Both the position numbers and the translations under genes were made by a program. A stretch of 45,655 nt of DNA from an uncultured Bacilli bacterium (GTDB lineage: Bacteria; Bacillota_I; Bacilli_A; RFN20; CAG-826). The notes under the pieces are model-generated. The model was not told the DNA's origin. It worked only from the letters and a program-made list of their open reading frames with translations, and ran no database searches. Of the stretch, positions 16,417-24,989 are shown in pieces (the first letter of the stretch is position 1; the number at the start of each line of letters is the position of its first letter). Location of the stretch: positions 1 through 45,655 of the forward strand of contig CALVUG010000004.1 of NCBI GenBank assembly GCA_944363535.1. The letters are read 5' to 3'.

Positions 16417-17178
16417 ATGAGCATTGATACAGTTGATAACATCATCGTCCAATGGTTCAATAGTACCTTCAATACAGGTGCGGCACCATGGATTGGAAAC
16501 TTAGTTTTATGTTTCCTATGCATTTTAATGACCATCATTCTTTCTGGCCTCATCGGTTTTGAAAGAGAATATAACGGTCACGCGGCTGGCTTAAGAACGC
16601 ACATTCTCGTCTCCCTTGGTTCATGCATCATCATGATCATCTCCATCTATGGCTTTAACGTCATGCCCGGGAATGAAGCATTCGCGAATAGAGATCCCGC
16701 TAGACTTGCCGCTCAAGTTATCGCCGGTATCGGTTTCTTAGGGGCGGGGACGATCATTCAAACCGGTATTAGTGTCAAAGGTTTAACGACTGCGACAACC
16801 TTATGGCTTTCGATGGCGGTTGGTCTTGCTTGCGGCAGTGGAAATTTAGTCATCGCTACTTTAGCGACTATCATCGCTTTAAGCGTCCTTACGATGCTAC
16901 GTAAATTTGAAAGATTCGCGGCGAGGAAAAATCCGATCATCACCTTAGTGGTTAATGCTGGTACACCATTCATTAAAGAACTTATTTCCATCGGTTCTAG
17001 ATTCGGCGTGAACATTCGTGACGTCGATTCACAAATCGTTCAAATCGATGGACAAGAAGCTTTGAGAGTGAACATTCGTTGTTCGAAAGTTTCTAAAGCT
17101 TCCATGACGGCGTTCGTCGACGAATTAAGACAAGCCATCAAACCTCTTGAATTACATATTTCTACTGGCTTAATTTAA
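16417..17178 (+). CDS. MgtC/SapB family membrane protein
   Basis: IGFERE...AGLRTH, DPARLAAQVIAGIGFLGAGTI, GLTTATTLW; start placed at ATG 16417 behind AGAGGTGG. Confidence 0.88.
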   Translation: MSIDTVDNIIVQWFNSTFNTGAAPWIGNLVLCFLCILMTIILSGLIGFEREYNGHAAGLRTHILVSLGSCIIMIISIYGFNVMPGNEAFANRDPARLAAQVIAGIGFLGAGTIIQTGISVKGLTTATTLWLSMAVGLACGSGNLVIATLATIIALSVLTMLRKFERFAARKNPIITLVVNAGTPFIKELISIGSRFGVNIRDVDSQIVQIDGQEALRVNIRCSKVSKASMTAFVDELRQAIKPLELHISTGLI

Positions 17179-17209
17179 ATAAAATTTGAGACCAAAAGGA
17201 CTTGATTTT

Positions 17210-17923
17210 ATGTCAATATATATCTATGGGAAAAAAGCTTGTGAAGAAGCTTTAAATAAGAAGGAACAAATCCTTGAAGTTTTTCTTACTAAGCGCGTTC
17301 TTAAATTATATGAAACTAAACTTGTTCATCTAAATTATCAAGTCGTGGATGATAAGGCTTTAGATCATTTGAGTGAAAATCACGTCCATCAAGGTATCGT
17401 CATCAAACTTAAAGAATATAACTTTTATCCACTTGATAAAATGCTCAAAGACTTAAAAGATGAAGAAACTTCTATCGTCCTCATCTTAGATGGTATTTTA
17501 GATCCTTATAATCTTGGCGCGATCTTTCGAAGTGCGGCCGCTTTCGATGTTAAATCTATCATCTTAAGAGCGGATAGACAAGCCCCGATTACAAGCGTCG
17601 TTTATAAGGTGAGCGCAGGGGCGATGGAACATCTTAAAATTTGCCAAGTAAAAAATATTAATCAAACGATAGATATATTAAAAGAAGCTGGGTTTTGGAT
17701 CTATGCTTCTAGCGATCATGGGGCTAAATCGATGTATGAAATCGATTACCCTAAAAAGGTGGCTTTAATCGTTGGAAACGAAGGTAAGGGTATAGCGCAT
17801 CTGACGATGCAAAAAGCCGATTTTAGCGTCAAAATCCCGTTAAATGGCCCGCTTCCTTGTTTAAATGTCGCTAGTGCGACGAGCGTCTTATTATCTTATA
17901 TTTCACACTTTCTTTCCCATTAG
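17210..17923 (+). CDS. rlmB: 23S rRNA (guanosine-2251-2'-O)-methyltransferase
   Basis: HQGIV, LDGILDPYNLGAIFRSA, GNEGKG, LNVASA; canonical position after cysS; start probably ATG 17210. Confidence 0.88.
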   Translation: MSIYIYGKKACEEALNKKEQILEVFLTKRVLKLYETKLVHLNYQVVDDKALDHLSENHVHQGIVIKLKEYNFYPLDKMLKDLKDEETSIVLILDGILDPYNLGAIFRSAAAFDVKSIILRADRQAPITSVVYKVSAGAMEHLKICQVKNINQTIDILKEAGFWIYASSDHGAKSMYEIDYPKKVALIVGNEGKGIAHLTMQKADFSVKIPLNGPLPCLNVASATSVLLSYISHFLSH

Positions 17924-17934
17924 AAAGAGGTTTT

Positions 17935-18543
17935 ATGTTCTTAAATGACGAATATTTGCTCTTCCTTTTAAGGAGGCAAAAACAAGAAGCTTTTCAAGTA
18001 CTTTACTTACGTTATATCGCTTATGCTTATAGTTACTTAAGACAAAATTTTAACGATTTAAATAACTTATTATCTTACGACGAACTAGCGTCTGCTTTAA
18101 GGCAAGCATTCTTCGTTTCGATCTCACGATTCGATTTTAATAGTGGTTATCTTTATCCTTACTTCATCAAAGTTTTAAGAAGTCATTTTTTCAATGCCTT
18201 AAGGACGAAGAAGTCCTCGAAAAGTGTCGAACATAGTTGCATCATGTTATCGCTCGATCAAAAGATTTTTGATGAATATGAGACGAAAACTTTTCACGAT
18301 TTAATTTATATCGACGATGAATTTAAAGATCATTTTAATAGCGTGAACATCTTAGATTTAACGCTAAATGAGAAAGGAGTTTTTACTCGCTTAGAAAAAG
18401 AGATTTTAATGTATTATTTAGATGGTTATAAAAGTGTTGAGATCGCTAGTGCGTTAAAGATGAGCGTTAAAAAAGTTCGCACTATCATTAAAAAGCTTAA
18501 AGAACGCTATAAAAAGTTAGAAGATATCGTTCAAATTGCTTAG
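17935..18543 (+). CDS. Sigma-70 family sigma factor, SigH/ComX-like
   Basis: Degenerate region 2 (AFQVLYLRY...AFFVSISRFD) and region 4 HTH (LEKEILMYYLDGYKSVEIASALKMSVKKV); occupies the sigH position between rlmB and rpmG. Confidence 0.7.
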   Translation: MFLNDEYLLFLLRRQKQEAFQVLYLRYIAYAYSYLRQNFNDLNNLLSYDELASALRQAFFVSISRFDFNSGYLYPYFIKVLRSHFFNALRTKKSSKSVEHSCIMLSLDQKIFDEYETKTFHDLIYIDDEFKDHFNSVNILDLTLNEKGVFTRLEKEILMYYLDGYKSVEIASALKMSVKKVRTIIKKLKERYKKLEDIVQIA

Positions 18544-18597
18544 CGATTTTTTCTTTCATTTTTTAACTTTAAATTAGCCTATAATTCAATTTATAAA

Positions 18598-18627
18598 TTG
18601 ACAATTAAATTTTTATTGTGGTATATT
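18598..18627 (+). promoter_or_regulatory. sigma70-type promoter of rpmG-secE-nusG
   Basis: TTGACA 18598-18603, 18-bp spacer, extended -10 TGgTATATT. Confidence 0.6.
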
Positions 18628-18648
18628 CTTGTAGCGAGTACATTTTAT

Positions 18649-18795
18649 ATGCGTGGAAAAGTGATGTTGATCTGTGAAGAATGCGGTAGCAGAAATTACT
18701 CCGTTCACAAATCCCAAAATGTAAAAGAAAGGCTCACGTTAAAAAAGTATTGTTCTCATTGTAATAAGATGACGATACATAAAGAAAGTCGATAG
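18649..18795 (+). CDS. rpmG: 50S ribosomal protein L33, Zn-binding (C+) form
   Basis: [17 protein letters not shown]...[18 protein letters not shown]; 48 aa from ATG 18649. Confidence 0.93.
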   Translation: MRGKVMLICEECGSRNYSVHKSQNVKERLTLKKYCSHCNKMTIHKESR

Positions 18796-18806
18796 GAGTG
18801 AGAAAT

Positions 18807-19007
18807 ATGGGTGTAAGAAAATATTTCAAAGAAGTCGCAAGAGAAGGCAGAAGAGTCCGTTGGCCTAACCGCGAACAATTGTTACCGGCGCTTGGTGTCG
18901 TCCTTCTCATCGCTATCTTCACCGCCTTATTCTTGATGCTAGAAGATTTAGCGTCTGGCACGCTCATCCAACAACTTCACAATGCTTTTTCAAGTATAGG
19001 AGGTTAA
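18807..19007 (+). CDS. secE: Preprotein translocase subunit SecE
   Basis: YFKEVAREGRRVRWP followed by one TM helix; AGGAG RBS; lies between rpmG and nusG. Confidence 0.9.
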   Translation: MGVRKYFKEVAREGRRVRWPNREQLLPALGVVLLIAIFTALFLMLEDLASGTLIQQLHNAFSSIGG

Positions 19008-19011
19008 TTTG

Positions 19012-19572
19012 ATGGAAGAAGAAAAGAAATTAGGTGAAAAGGCGTGGTACGTCGTTTCTACTTATAGCGGAAACGAAGAAAAAGTCGCGGATGCGTTAGA
19101 GAAAAGAAGAGAATCTTTCAATCTTCAACCTTACATCTATCGTATCATCGTGGCGACGCAAGAAGAACCCGTCTTAAAAGATGGTGAACCTACCGACCAG
19201 ATGAAGAAGAAGAATTTATATCCATGTTACGTCTTCATCGAAATGATCATGACGGATGAAGCTTGGTACATGGTAAGAAATACGCCTGGTGTAACCGGCT
19301 TCGTCGGTTCTTCCGGCGGCGGGGCAAAGCCATTCCCAGTTCCACCTGAACAAATCGAACCAGTGCTCAAACGTATGGGTATGGTCGATAGTGCAATGTA
19401 TGATCGTTATAACGTCGGCGACAATGTGAAAGTTATCCATGGTGCCTTAGAAGGTACGGAAGGTAAGATTACGAGCATCGATCGTGAGACTGGTCAAGTA
19501 AGAGTGGAAACGATCTTCTTCGGGCGTGTGACGCCGGTGGACGTCGATTTCTCCGAAATTGAAAAAATTTAA
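19012..19572 (+). CDS. nusG: Transcription termination/antitermination factor NusG
   Basis: WYVVSTYSGNE, NLYPCYVFIEM, VRNTPGVTGFVG, KOW domain, FFGRVTPV. Confidence 0.96.
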   Translation: MEEEKKLGEKAWYVVSTYSGNEEKVADALEKRRESFNLQPYIYRIIVATQEEPVLKDGEPTDQMKKKNLYPCYVFIEMIMTDEAWYMVRNTPGVTGFVGSSGGGAKPFPVPPEQIEPVLKRMGMVDSAMYDRYNVGDNVKVIHGALEGTEGKITSIDRETGQVRVETIFFGRVTPVDVDFSEIEKI

Positions 19573-19584
19573 CAAAAAAGATAG

Positions 19585-19617
19585 ACCTTTAGGAAAAACA
19601 AACCTAAAGGTTTTTTC
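19585..19617 (+). terminator. Intrinsic terminator after nusG
   Basis: ACCTTTAGG-N9-CCTAAAGGT followed by TTTTT. Confidence 0.8.
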
Positions 19618-19632
19618 TTGCTTTAATATTAA

Positions 19633-19652
19633 ATATGAATAATCATTCATTT
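19633..19652. promoter_or_regulatory. SmtB/CzrA-type operator box 1
   Basis: ATATGAA-TAATCA-TTCATTT (TGAA-N6-TTCA core). Confidence 0.7.
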
Positions 19653-19657
19653 TTATG

Positions 19658-19687
19658 TTGACAAATATGAATATACGTTCATATAAT
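19658..19687 (+). promoter_or_regulatory. sigma70 promoter overlapped by SmtB/CzrA-type operator box 2
   Basis: TTGACA 19658-19663, N18, TATAAT 19682-19687; perfect 7-6-7 inverted repeat ATATGAA-TATACG-TTCATAT at 19665-19684. Confidence 0.82.
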
Positions 19688-19700
19688 ATTGGCGAGGTGA

Positions 19701-20027
19701 ATGAATATGGTCGATCAAATTATCGATGATGAAACGATTGAAGAAATGGAACAATTACTCAATGTTGCATCTGATTTCACTCGTCTAAAAATCTTACATG
19801 CTTTACTAAGTGGCGAAAAAAATGTCGGCGAGTTAATTGAAATAGTAGGGGCTTCGCAATCATTAGTGTCCCATCAATTACAAGTCTTAAGAAATAATAG
19901 ACTCGTGAGCGTTCGTAAAGATAAGACGAGAGTGTATTATCGTTTGGACGATGAACATATTAATATGTTATTTGAAGTCGTGTATGCGCACGTGATGGAA
20001 AAAAGGATGAAGAAAGAAGATTACTAA
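19701..20027 (+). CDS. ArsR/SmtB family metalloregulator with alpha5 Zn/Co site
   Basis: DFTRLKILHALL...SQSLVSHQLQVLR HTH; D-x-H-x10-H-x2-E (DEHINMLFEVVYAHVME). Confidence 0.9.
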   Translation: MNMVDQIIDDETIEEMEQLLNVASDFTRLKILHALLSGEKNVGELIEIVGASQSLVSHQLQVLRNNRLVSVRKDKTRVYYRLDDEHINMLFEVVYAHVMEKRMKKEDY

Positions 20028-20028
20028 T

Positions 20029-22161
20029 ATGGAAGAAATATTTATTTTGCGTGGCCTAGATAATAATTTAAAGGTCAATAATATCGAAGCTAGCTTTTTA
20101 AAATTAGATAACGTCAGTAATGCGCATTTTGATGAAGAAACAAGTCACCTTACTTTAAGTTACGAAGGTAAACTTATTAACATTAATAAGCTAAATAAAG
20201 TAATTAAAAAAACGTTAGGTAAAGACGTTTCAATCGAATATTTATCTAGCAAAGAATCGAAGAAAGAAAAAGTTATCGGTAAAGGTGAGATATTTTTAAT
20301 ATCTCGTATCTTCATTTCTTTAACGATCTTACTTCTTTCGATGTTTTGGCTTACCCCAACGTATGAAAACACGGATTTATATTTCATTCCTATCATCACT
20401 TACGTAGTCGGCTGGTTTATCATCAGCTACGACGTCCTATGGGAAATAGTGGAAAATATCATCCATAAAGAAAATTTCTTCGATGAGGCACTTCTCATGT
20501 CCATCGCTTCCATCGGGGCATTTGCCATTCAAGAATATTTTGAAGGGTGTCTCGTTATGATTCTTTCCCAAGTGGGCGAATTATTAGAGCACATTTCTTT
20601 ACATCGTTCTAAGAACGCGATCGTGGATGCGACCGATTTAAGACCGAAGACCGCGACCGTCTTAAAAAATAACAAATTAGTGACGATGCGCGCGGAAGAT
20701 GTAAAAGTCGGTGACATCATCTTAATTAAAGTTGGTGAAACGATCGCTTGCGATGGAGAAGTTGAAGAAGGTGAAGGAAGGGCTAATACTTCTTCTTTAA
20801 CAGGTGAATCATATCCTATCTTATTAAAGAAAGGTTCGAAAGCTTTAAGCGGTTACATTTTAGAAAGTGGCGAACTTCGCGTCAAAGTAAGTAAGGCTTA
20901 CGAAGATTCGACGATCGCAAAAGTGATCGAACTTGTTTCTAGTTCGCAAGAAAATAAATCGAAAACTGAAAGTTTTATTACTAAATTCGCAAAGTGGTAT
21001 ACGCCTTGCGTCGCCTTCCTTGCCGTCTTTGTTTTAATCGTCGGAGGTGCGGCAAGTGGAGATTGGTTAAAGTGGACTTATAACGCTTTAAATTTCTTAG
21101 TTATCTCTTGTCCTTGTGCCATCGTTATTTCCATTCCTTTATCTTATTTTACCGGGATTGGCTTAGCGTCAAAAAACGGTATCATCATCAAAGGTGGGAA
21201 CTATTTAGACGCTTTGAATTCGATGCAAAAATTATATTTTGATAAGACTGGTACGATCACGCAAGGCAAATTCTCCTTAGTTAGATTCGAAGCAGTGGAG
21301 ATGGAAGAAAAAGAATTCTTAGAGATGATTTATCGTATCGAAAAAAGATCTAACCATCCGATTGGTAAAGCCATCGTCGATTCATTAGATTTAAAGATTG
21401 ACGCAGATTTTAGAGGTAAGAGCGAAGATATTCCAGGCTATGGCTTAAAGGCTAATTATAAGAAAAAAGAAGTCTTAATTGGTTCAAGAAGGCTCATGGA
21501 AAAAGAAGGTGTGAACGTTCCTTTAATCGAAACGTATAGTACTTTAATTTACGTTGCGATCGATAAGGAATATAAAGGTTATCTCATCTTGGATGATAAG
21601 ATTAAAAATGATGCGCACGATTTCGTCTCCAATTTAAAAAATAACTACGTTAAAGGCGTGATGTTAACGGGTGATTTAAAAGGTAGCGCAGAACGGGCCG
21701 CTAAAGAACTTGGCATCGACGAATATCACGCAGAATTACTGCCAAGCGATAAATTAAACGTCTTAGAAAATGATTTGAAAGATGATCCAAAACGCGTCAT
21801 CGGATTCATGGGTGATGGGGTAAATGATGCACCTTGTATCGCTAGGGCGAACGTCGGTATCGCGATGGGTGGTTTAGGAAGTGATATCACTGTCGAAAAC
21901 GCGGACGTCGTCATCATGGATGATTCGCCTGACCGCGTGAACGATGCAATTAAAGTGGCAAGAGCGACTAGGGTAAGAACCATTGTCGATATAAGTGTGG
22001 CTTTATTAGTGAAAGTCATCATCATGATTTTATCCTTACTAAGCCTCGTTCCAATGTGGGTCGCAGTCCTAGCGGATTCAGGTCTTGCAGTGGTCTTAAT
22101 CATCTATAGTGTCTTACTCATCAAAAAGAAAATTCATAAGAAAAAAGAAATCACTTTATGA
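20029..22161 (+). CDS. Heavy-metal P1B-2 type ATPase (ZntA/CadA-like)
   Basis: TGES, ISCPCA, DKTGT, SNHP, GDGVNDAP, TM7 Lys (LLVKVI), TM8 LADSG. Confidence 0.92.
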   Translation: MEEIFILRGLDNNLKVNNIEASFLKLDNVSNAHFDEETSHLTLSYEGKLININKLNKVIKKTLGKDVSIEYLSSKESKKEKVIGKGEIFLISRIFISLTILLLSMFWLTPTYENTDLYFIPIITYVVGWFIISYDVLWEIVENIIHKENFFDEALLMSIASIGAFAIQEYFEGCLVMILSQVGELLEHISLHRSKNAIVDATDLRPKTATVLKNNKLVTMRAEDVKVGDIILIKVGETIACDGEVEEGEGRANTSSLTGESYPILLKKGSKALSGYILESGELRVKVSKAYEDSTIAKVIELVSSSQENKSKTESFITKFAKWYTPCVAFLAVFVLIVGGAASGDWLKWTYNALNFLVISCPCAIVISIPLSYFTGIGLASKNGIIIKGGNYLDALNSMQKLYFDKTGTITQGKFSLVRFEAVEMEEKEFLEMIYRIEKRSNHPIGKAIVDSLDLKIDADFRGKSEDIPGYGLKANYKKKEVLIGSRRLMEKEGVNVPLIETYSTLIYVAIDKEYKGYLILDDKIKNDAHDFVSNLKNNYVKGVMLTGDLKGSAERAAKELGIDEYHAELLPSDKLNVLENDLKDDPKRVIGFMGDGVNDAPCIARANVGIAMGGLGSDITVENADVVIMDDSPDRVNDAIKVARATRVRTIVDISVALLVKVIIMILSLLSLVPMWVAVLADSGLAVVLIIYSVLLIKKKIHKKKEITL

Positions 22162-22168
22162 AGGAAGG

Positions 22169-22197
22169 GCCGTTAGAAATCCTAACGGTTTTCTTTT
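22169..22197 (+). terminator. Intrinsic terminator after the P1B ATPase
   Basis: GCCGTTAG-AAATC-CTAACGGT followed by TTTCTTTT. Confidence 0.75.
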
Positions 22198-22434
22198 AAA
22201 TGAGCACATTTTTTAAAAAATATTTTCCCTCTAGTTTCACTCAGCAATTTTTAACTTTTCTTAAATTTGTTCAAAAATTAGATTTTAACGGCAAATTCAC
22301 TATATTTTGTTTAGCATTTTCCGATATAATCCGTGCATTTGTTAAAGGAATGAAAGACGAAAAACGATGAAAAAATTTATATCGTTTCACAATTATTAAT
22401 TAACGGACAAATTAAATTTTAATAAAAATTTCTT

Positions 22435-22463
22435 TTGCGTTCTTACGCCTATTTATATATAAT
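22435..22463 (+). promoter_or_regulatory. sigma70 promoter of rplK operon
   Basis: TTGCGT-N17-TATAAT. Confidence 0.6.
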
Positions 22464-22506
22464 GTGCAAAGCGTGTTTATTCACATACATGTATAAGCAC
22501 ATATGT

Positions 22507-22546
22507 TTGTGGGAGGATATAGCGAGTATCCAAGATTATACCACAA
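22507..22546 (+). ncRNA. Putative L1-binding ribosomal protein leader before rplK
   Basis: TTGTGGGAGG...ATACCACAA with outer TTGTGG/CCACAA stem and inner GATA/TATC stem. Confidence 0.6.
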
Positions 22547-22578
22547 CCACACAAAAATTACTTTAGGAGGTAAGTCAC

Positions 22579-22992
22579 GTGGCAAAGAAAATCGCAAAAG
22601 TCGTGAAGATGGAACTCGAAGGCGGGAACGCTAAACCGGGACCAAAACTTGCTTCAGCTGGTATCGTGATGCCAAAATTCTGTACTGATTTCAACGCTAA
22701 GACGGCTGACCGTCGTGGTGAAATTGTACCTGTCATCATCACCGCTTACGAAGACAAGTCATTCGATTTCGTCATCAAGACATCCCCAGTAGCGGGTCTA
22801 TTACTTAAGGCTGCTGGCATCGAAAAGGGTTCGGCTAACCCTAAGACCACTAAGGTTGGTCACATTAGCCGTGAACAATTGAAGAAGATTGCCGAGTACA
22901 AACTTGTCGATCTTAACTGCGACGATATCGAAGCAGCGATGCGCATCATCGAAGGCTCCGCCCGTAATATGGGTATCGTCGTGGATGATTAA
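22579..22992 (+). CDS. rplK: 50S ribosomal protein L11
   Basis: GTG start; PVIITAYEDKSFDFVIKT, IEGSARNMGI. Confidence 0.97.
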   Translation: MAKKIAKVVKMELEGGNAKPGPKLASAGIVMPKFCTDFNAKTADRRGEIVPVIITAYEDKSFDFVIKTSPVAGLLLKAAGIEKGSANPKTTKVGHISREQLKKIAEYKLVDLNCDDIEAAMRIIEGSARNMGIVVDD

Positions 22993-23024
22993 GTGGGAGA
23001 GTAGTTCCGCTCGATTGGACCACT
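22992..23024 (+). ncRNA. Putative L1-binding ribosomal protein leader before rplA
   Basis: AGTGGGAG...GACCACT with AGTGG/CCACT stem, directly before the GGGAGG RBS. Confidence 0.55.
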
Positions 23025-23034
23025 GGAGGAATTT

Positions 23035-23718
23035 ATGAAAAAAGGAAAGAAATACGTCAAGGCAGCGGCTCTTGTCGAAAGAGGTAAACTTTATAGCCTC
23101 GATGAAGCTGCCAAATTAGTGAAGGAAACTTCGACCACTAAGTTCGACGCAACGGTCGATATGTCCTTCCATCTCAACATCGACCCGAAGCAAGCTGATC
23201 AACAACTTCGTGGTACGATCAATTTGCCCCACGGTAATGGTAAAGTCGTTCGCGTCTTAGCAATTACTCACAAAGTGGATGAAGCTAAAGATGCTGGCGC
23301 TGATTTCGTCGGTGGCAAAGAAATGCTCGAAAAAATTCAAAAAGAAAACTGGTTCGATTACGATGTCATCGTCGCGACGCCTGATATGATGGGTGAACTT
23401 GGTCGACTCGGTCGTATCTTAGGTCCAAAAGGTTTGATGCCAAACCCCAAGACTGGTACGGTCACCCAAGATATCGCTAAGGCTGTCAGTGAAATCAAAG
23501 CTGGTAAGGTGCAATATCGTAACGACCGTGATGGTAACATGCACGTTTCCGTCGGCCGCGTCTCATTTGAAGATGCTAAACTCGTCGATAATATGCGTGC
23601 TGTCCTCGATCACATTCTTCGTATTAGACCAAGTGCCGTCAAAGGTACTTACGTCTTAACTTGCGTCGTCCATACGACCATGGGTCCTTCTATTCCATTA
23701 CTCGTTAGTGCGAAATAA
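23035..23718 (+). CDS. rplA: 50S ribosomal protein L1
   Basis: [38 protein letters not shown]. Confidence 0.97.
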   Translation: MKKGKKYVKAAALVERGKLYSLDEAAKLVKETSTTKFDATVDMSFHLNIDPKQADQQLRGTINLPHGNGKVVRVLAITHKVDEAKDAGADFVGGKEMLEKIQKENWFDYDVIVATPDMMGELGRLGRILGPKGLMPNPKTGTVTQDIAKAVSEIKAGKVQYRNDRDGNMHVSVGRVSFEDAKLVDNMRAVLDHILRIRPSAVKGTYVLTCVVHTTMGPSIPLLVSAK

Positions 23719-23754
23719 AAGACCTTAAATTCCATTGTTGGCGAGCATTCAATA

Positions 23755-23840
23755 TACCTTAGACCGCAACGGCAAAGACGCTTAATCATGTTGCGTAGGG
23801 AAAGAATGTAAGACATTCATCTCACCTTGTGAGATTGACC
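23755..23840 (+). ncRNA. L10 ribosomal protein leader
   Basis: ACCTTAGACCGCAACGG...GCTTAATCATGTTGCGTAGG resembles the L10 leader kink-turn core; followed by GAATG/CATTC and ATCTCAC/GTGAGAT hairpins; canonical position before rplJ. Confidence 0.62.
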
Positions 23841-23904
23841 ACTAAAAGAAGTATATTGAAAGCCTCATATAAAAATTTTCAAAGAAGGAGGTGAACACTT
23901 AACG

Positions 23905-24390
23905 ATGAATCAGAACATATTGAAAGCTAAAGAAGAACTCGTCTCAAAGATTGCTGAAGATGTTAAATCACACCAAGCGATGACGATCGTCGAATATCGT
24001 GGTTTATCAGTCTCTGAGATTTCTGACCTTAGAAAGCAACTTAAGAAAGAAAACGCTTCCATGGTCGTCTTCAAAAATTCGCTCGTGGAAAGAGCGATGG
24101 CTAACCTAGGTTACGAAGGTTATGATGAATGGCTCACTGGCCCGAACGCTTACGTCTTCTTAGACGAAGTGACGAGCGGGGCAAAAGTCATCATGAAATA
24201 TTCACGTCGTAATCCGAAACTCGTCGTTAAAGGCGGTGTCGTCGAAGGCCAAAAAGTCGATGCTGCCAAATTGAAGGAACTTTCTAAAATCCCAGGCCGC
24301 GAAGGTCTCATCTCGATGTTCCTTTCCGTGCTACAAGCACCAGTCCGTCAATTTGCGTGTACTGTCAAAGCAATTGCGGAAAAACAATAA
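23905..24390 (+). CDS. rplJ: 50S ribosomal protein L10
   Basis: VEYRGLSV, VFKNSL, LTGPNA, LSKIPGREGLISM. Confidence 0.95.
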   Translation: MNQNILKAKEELVSKIAEDVKSHQAMTIVEYRGLSVSEISDLRKQLKKENASMVVFKNSLVERAMANLGYEGYDEWLTGPNAYVFLDEVTSGAKVIMKYSRRNPKLVVKGGVVEGQKVDAAKLKELSKIPGREGLISMFLSVLQAPVRQFACTVKAIAEKQ

Positions 24391-24423
24391 TCAATTAGCT
24401 GAATTTAGGAGGAAAAAATATTT

Positions 24424-24804
24424 ATGGCTAAATTAACCAAAGAAGAAATCGTCGAATCATTAAAGGAAATGACGGTTGTCGAACTCAATGATCTTGTCAA
24501 ATTATGTGAAGAAACATTCGGTGTGACCGCAGCTGCTCCAGTAACGGGTGTCGCAGTCGCGCATGAAGAAGAAGAAGGCCCAGCTCAAGGCCCAACCGAA
24601 GTCACTTTAACCTTAGTCAAACCTGGCCAAAGCAAAGTGGCTGTCATCAAAGCTGTCCAAGCGATCACTGGCTTAGGCTTAATGGATGCGAAGAAATTAG
24701 TGGACGCTGTCCCAGCTGTCATCAAAGAAAAGATTTCTCCAGTCGAAGCTGAAGAACATAAGAAAGCTCTCGTCGAAGCTGGCGCGGAAGTCGAAATTAA
24801 ATAA
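24424..24804 (+). CDS. rplL: 50S ribosomal protein L7/L12
   Basis: ELNDLVK..EETFGVTAAA, KVAVIKAV..ITGLGLMDAKKLV, EAGAEVEIK. Confidence 0.96.
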   Translation: MAKLTKEEIVESLKEMTVVELNDLVKLCEETFGVTAAAPVTGVAVAHEEEEGPAQGPTEVTLTLVKPGQSKVAVIKAVQAITGLGLMDAKKLVDAVPAVIKEKISPVEAEEHKKALVEAGAEVEIK

Positions 24805-24826
24805 GCAAAACATCATTTATCTCAAA

Positions 24827-24863
24827 GCTCTTCTAAGGGGTAGTATTGCCTTCTTAGAAGAGC
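24827..24863 (+). terminator. Long hairpin after rplL (terminator or stabilising stem)
   Basis: GCTCTTCTAAG...CTTAGAAGAGC 11-bp perfect arms; only a weak U-tract (GTTTCC). Confidence 0.5.
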
Positions 24864-24989
24864 GTTTCCATATTAAATTTGCTCGTTACACTATGTTAAT
24901 AGTGTGAACATAAATTAACCCATCATTGTTGGCTGACGCAGTCACATTAAAATAAATTGCGTAACTTCATGAAGTAAAGGAGCCATTAC

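Noticed and set aside
18649-20027. Zn-binding L33 close to a Zn sensor/exporter
   Set aside because: The rpmG position is ancestral and a terminator separates the units; there is no evidence of shared regulation.
22198-22430. About 230-nt AT-rich spacer with a TATAAT and a 10-codon ORF (MKKFISFHNY)
   Set aside because: No -35, a poorly spaced RBS and no stable structure; I cannot support an sRNA or peptide.
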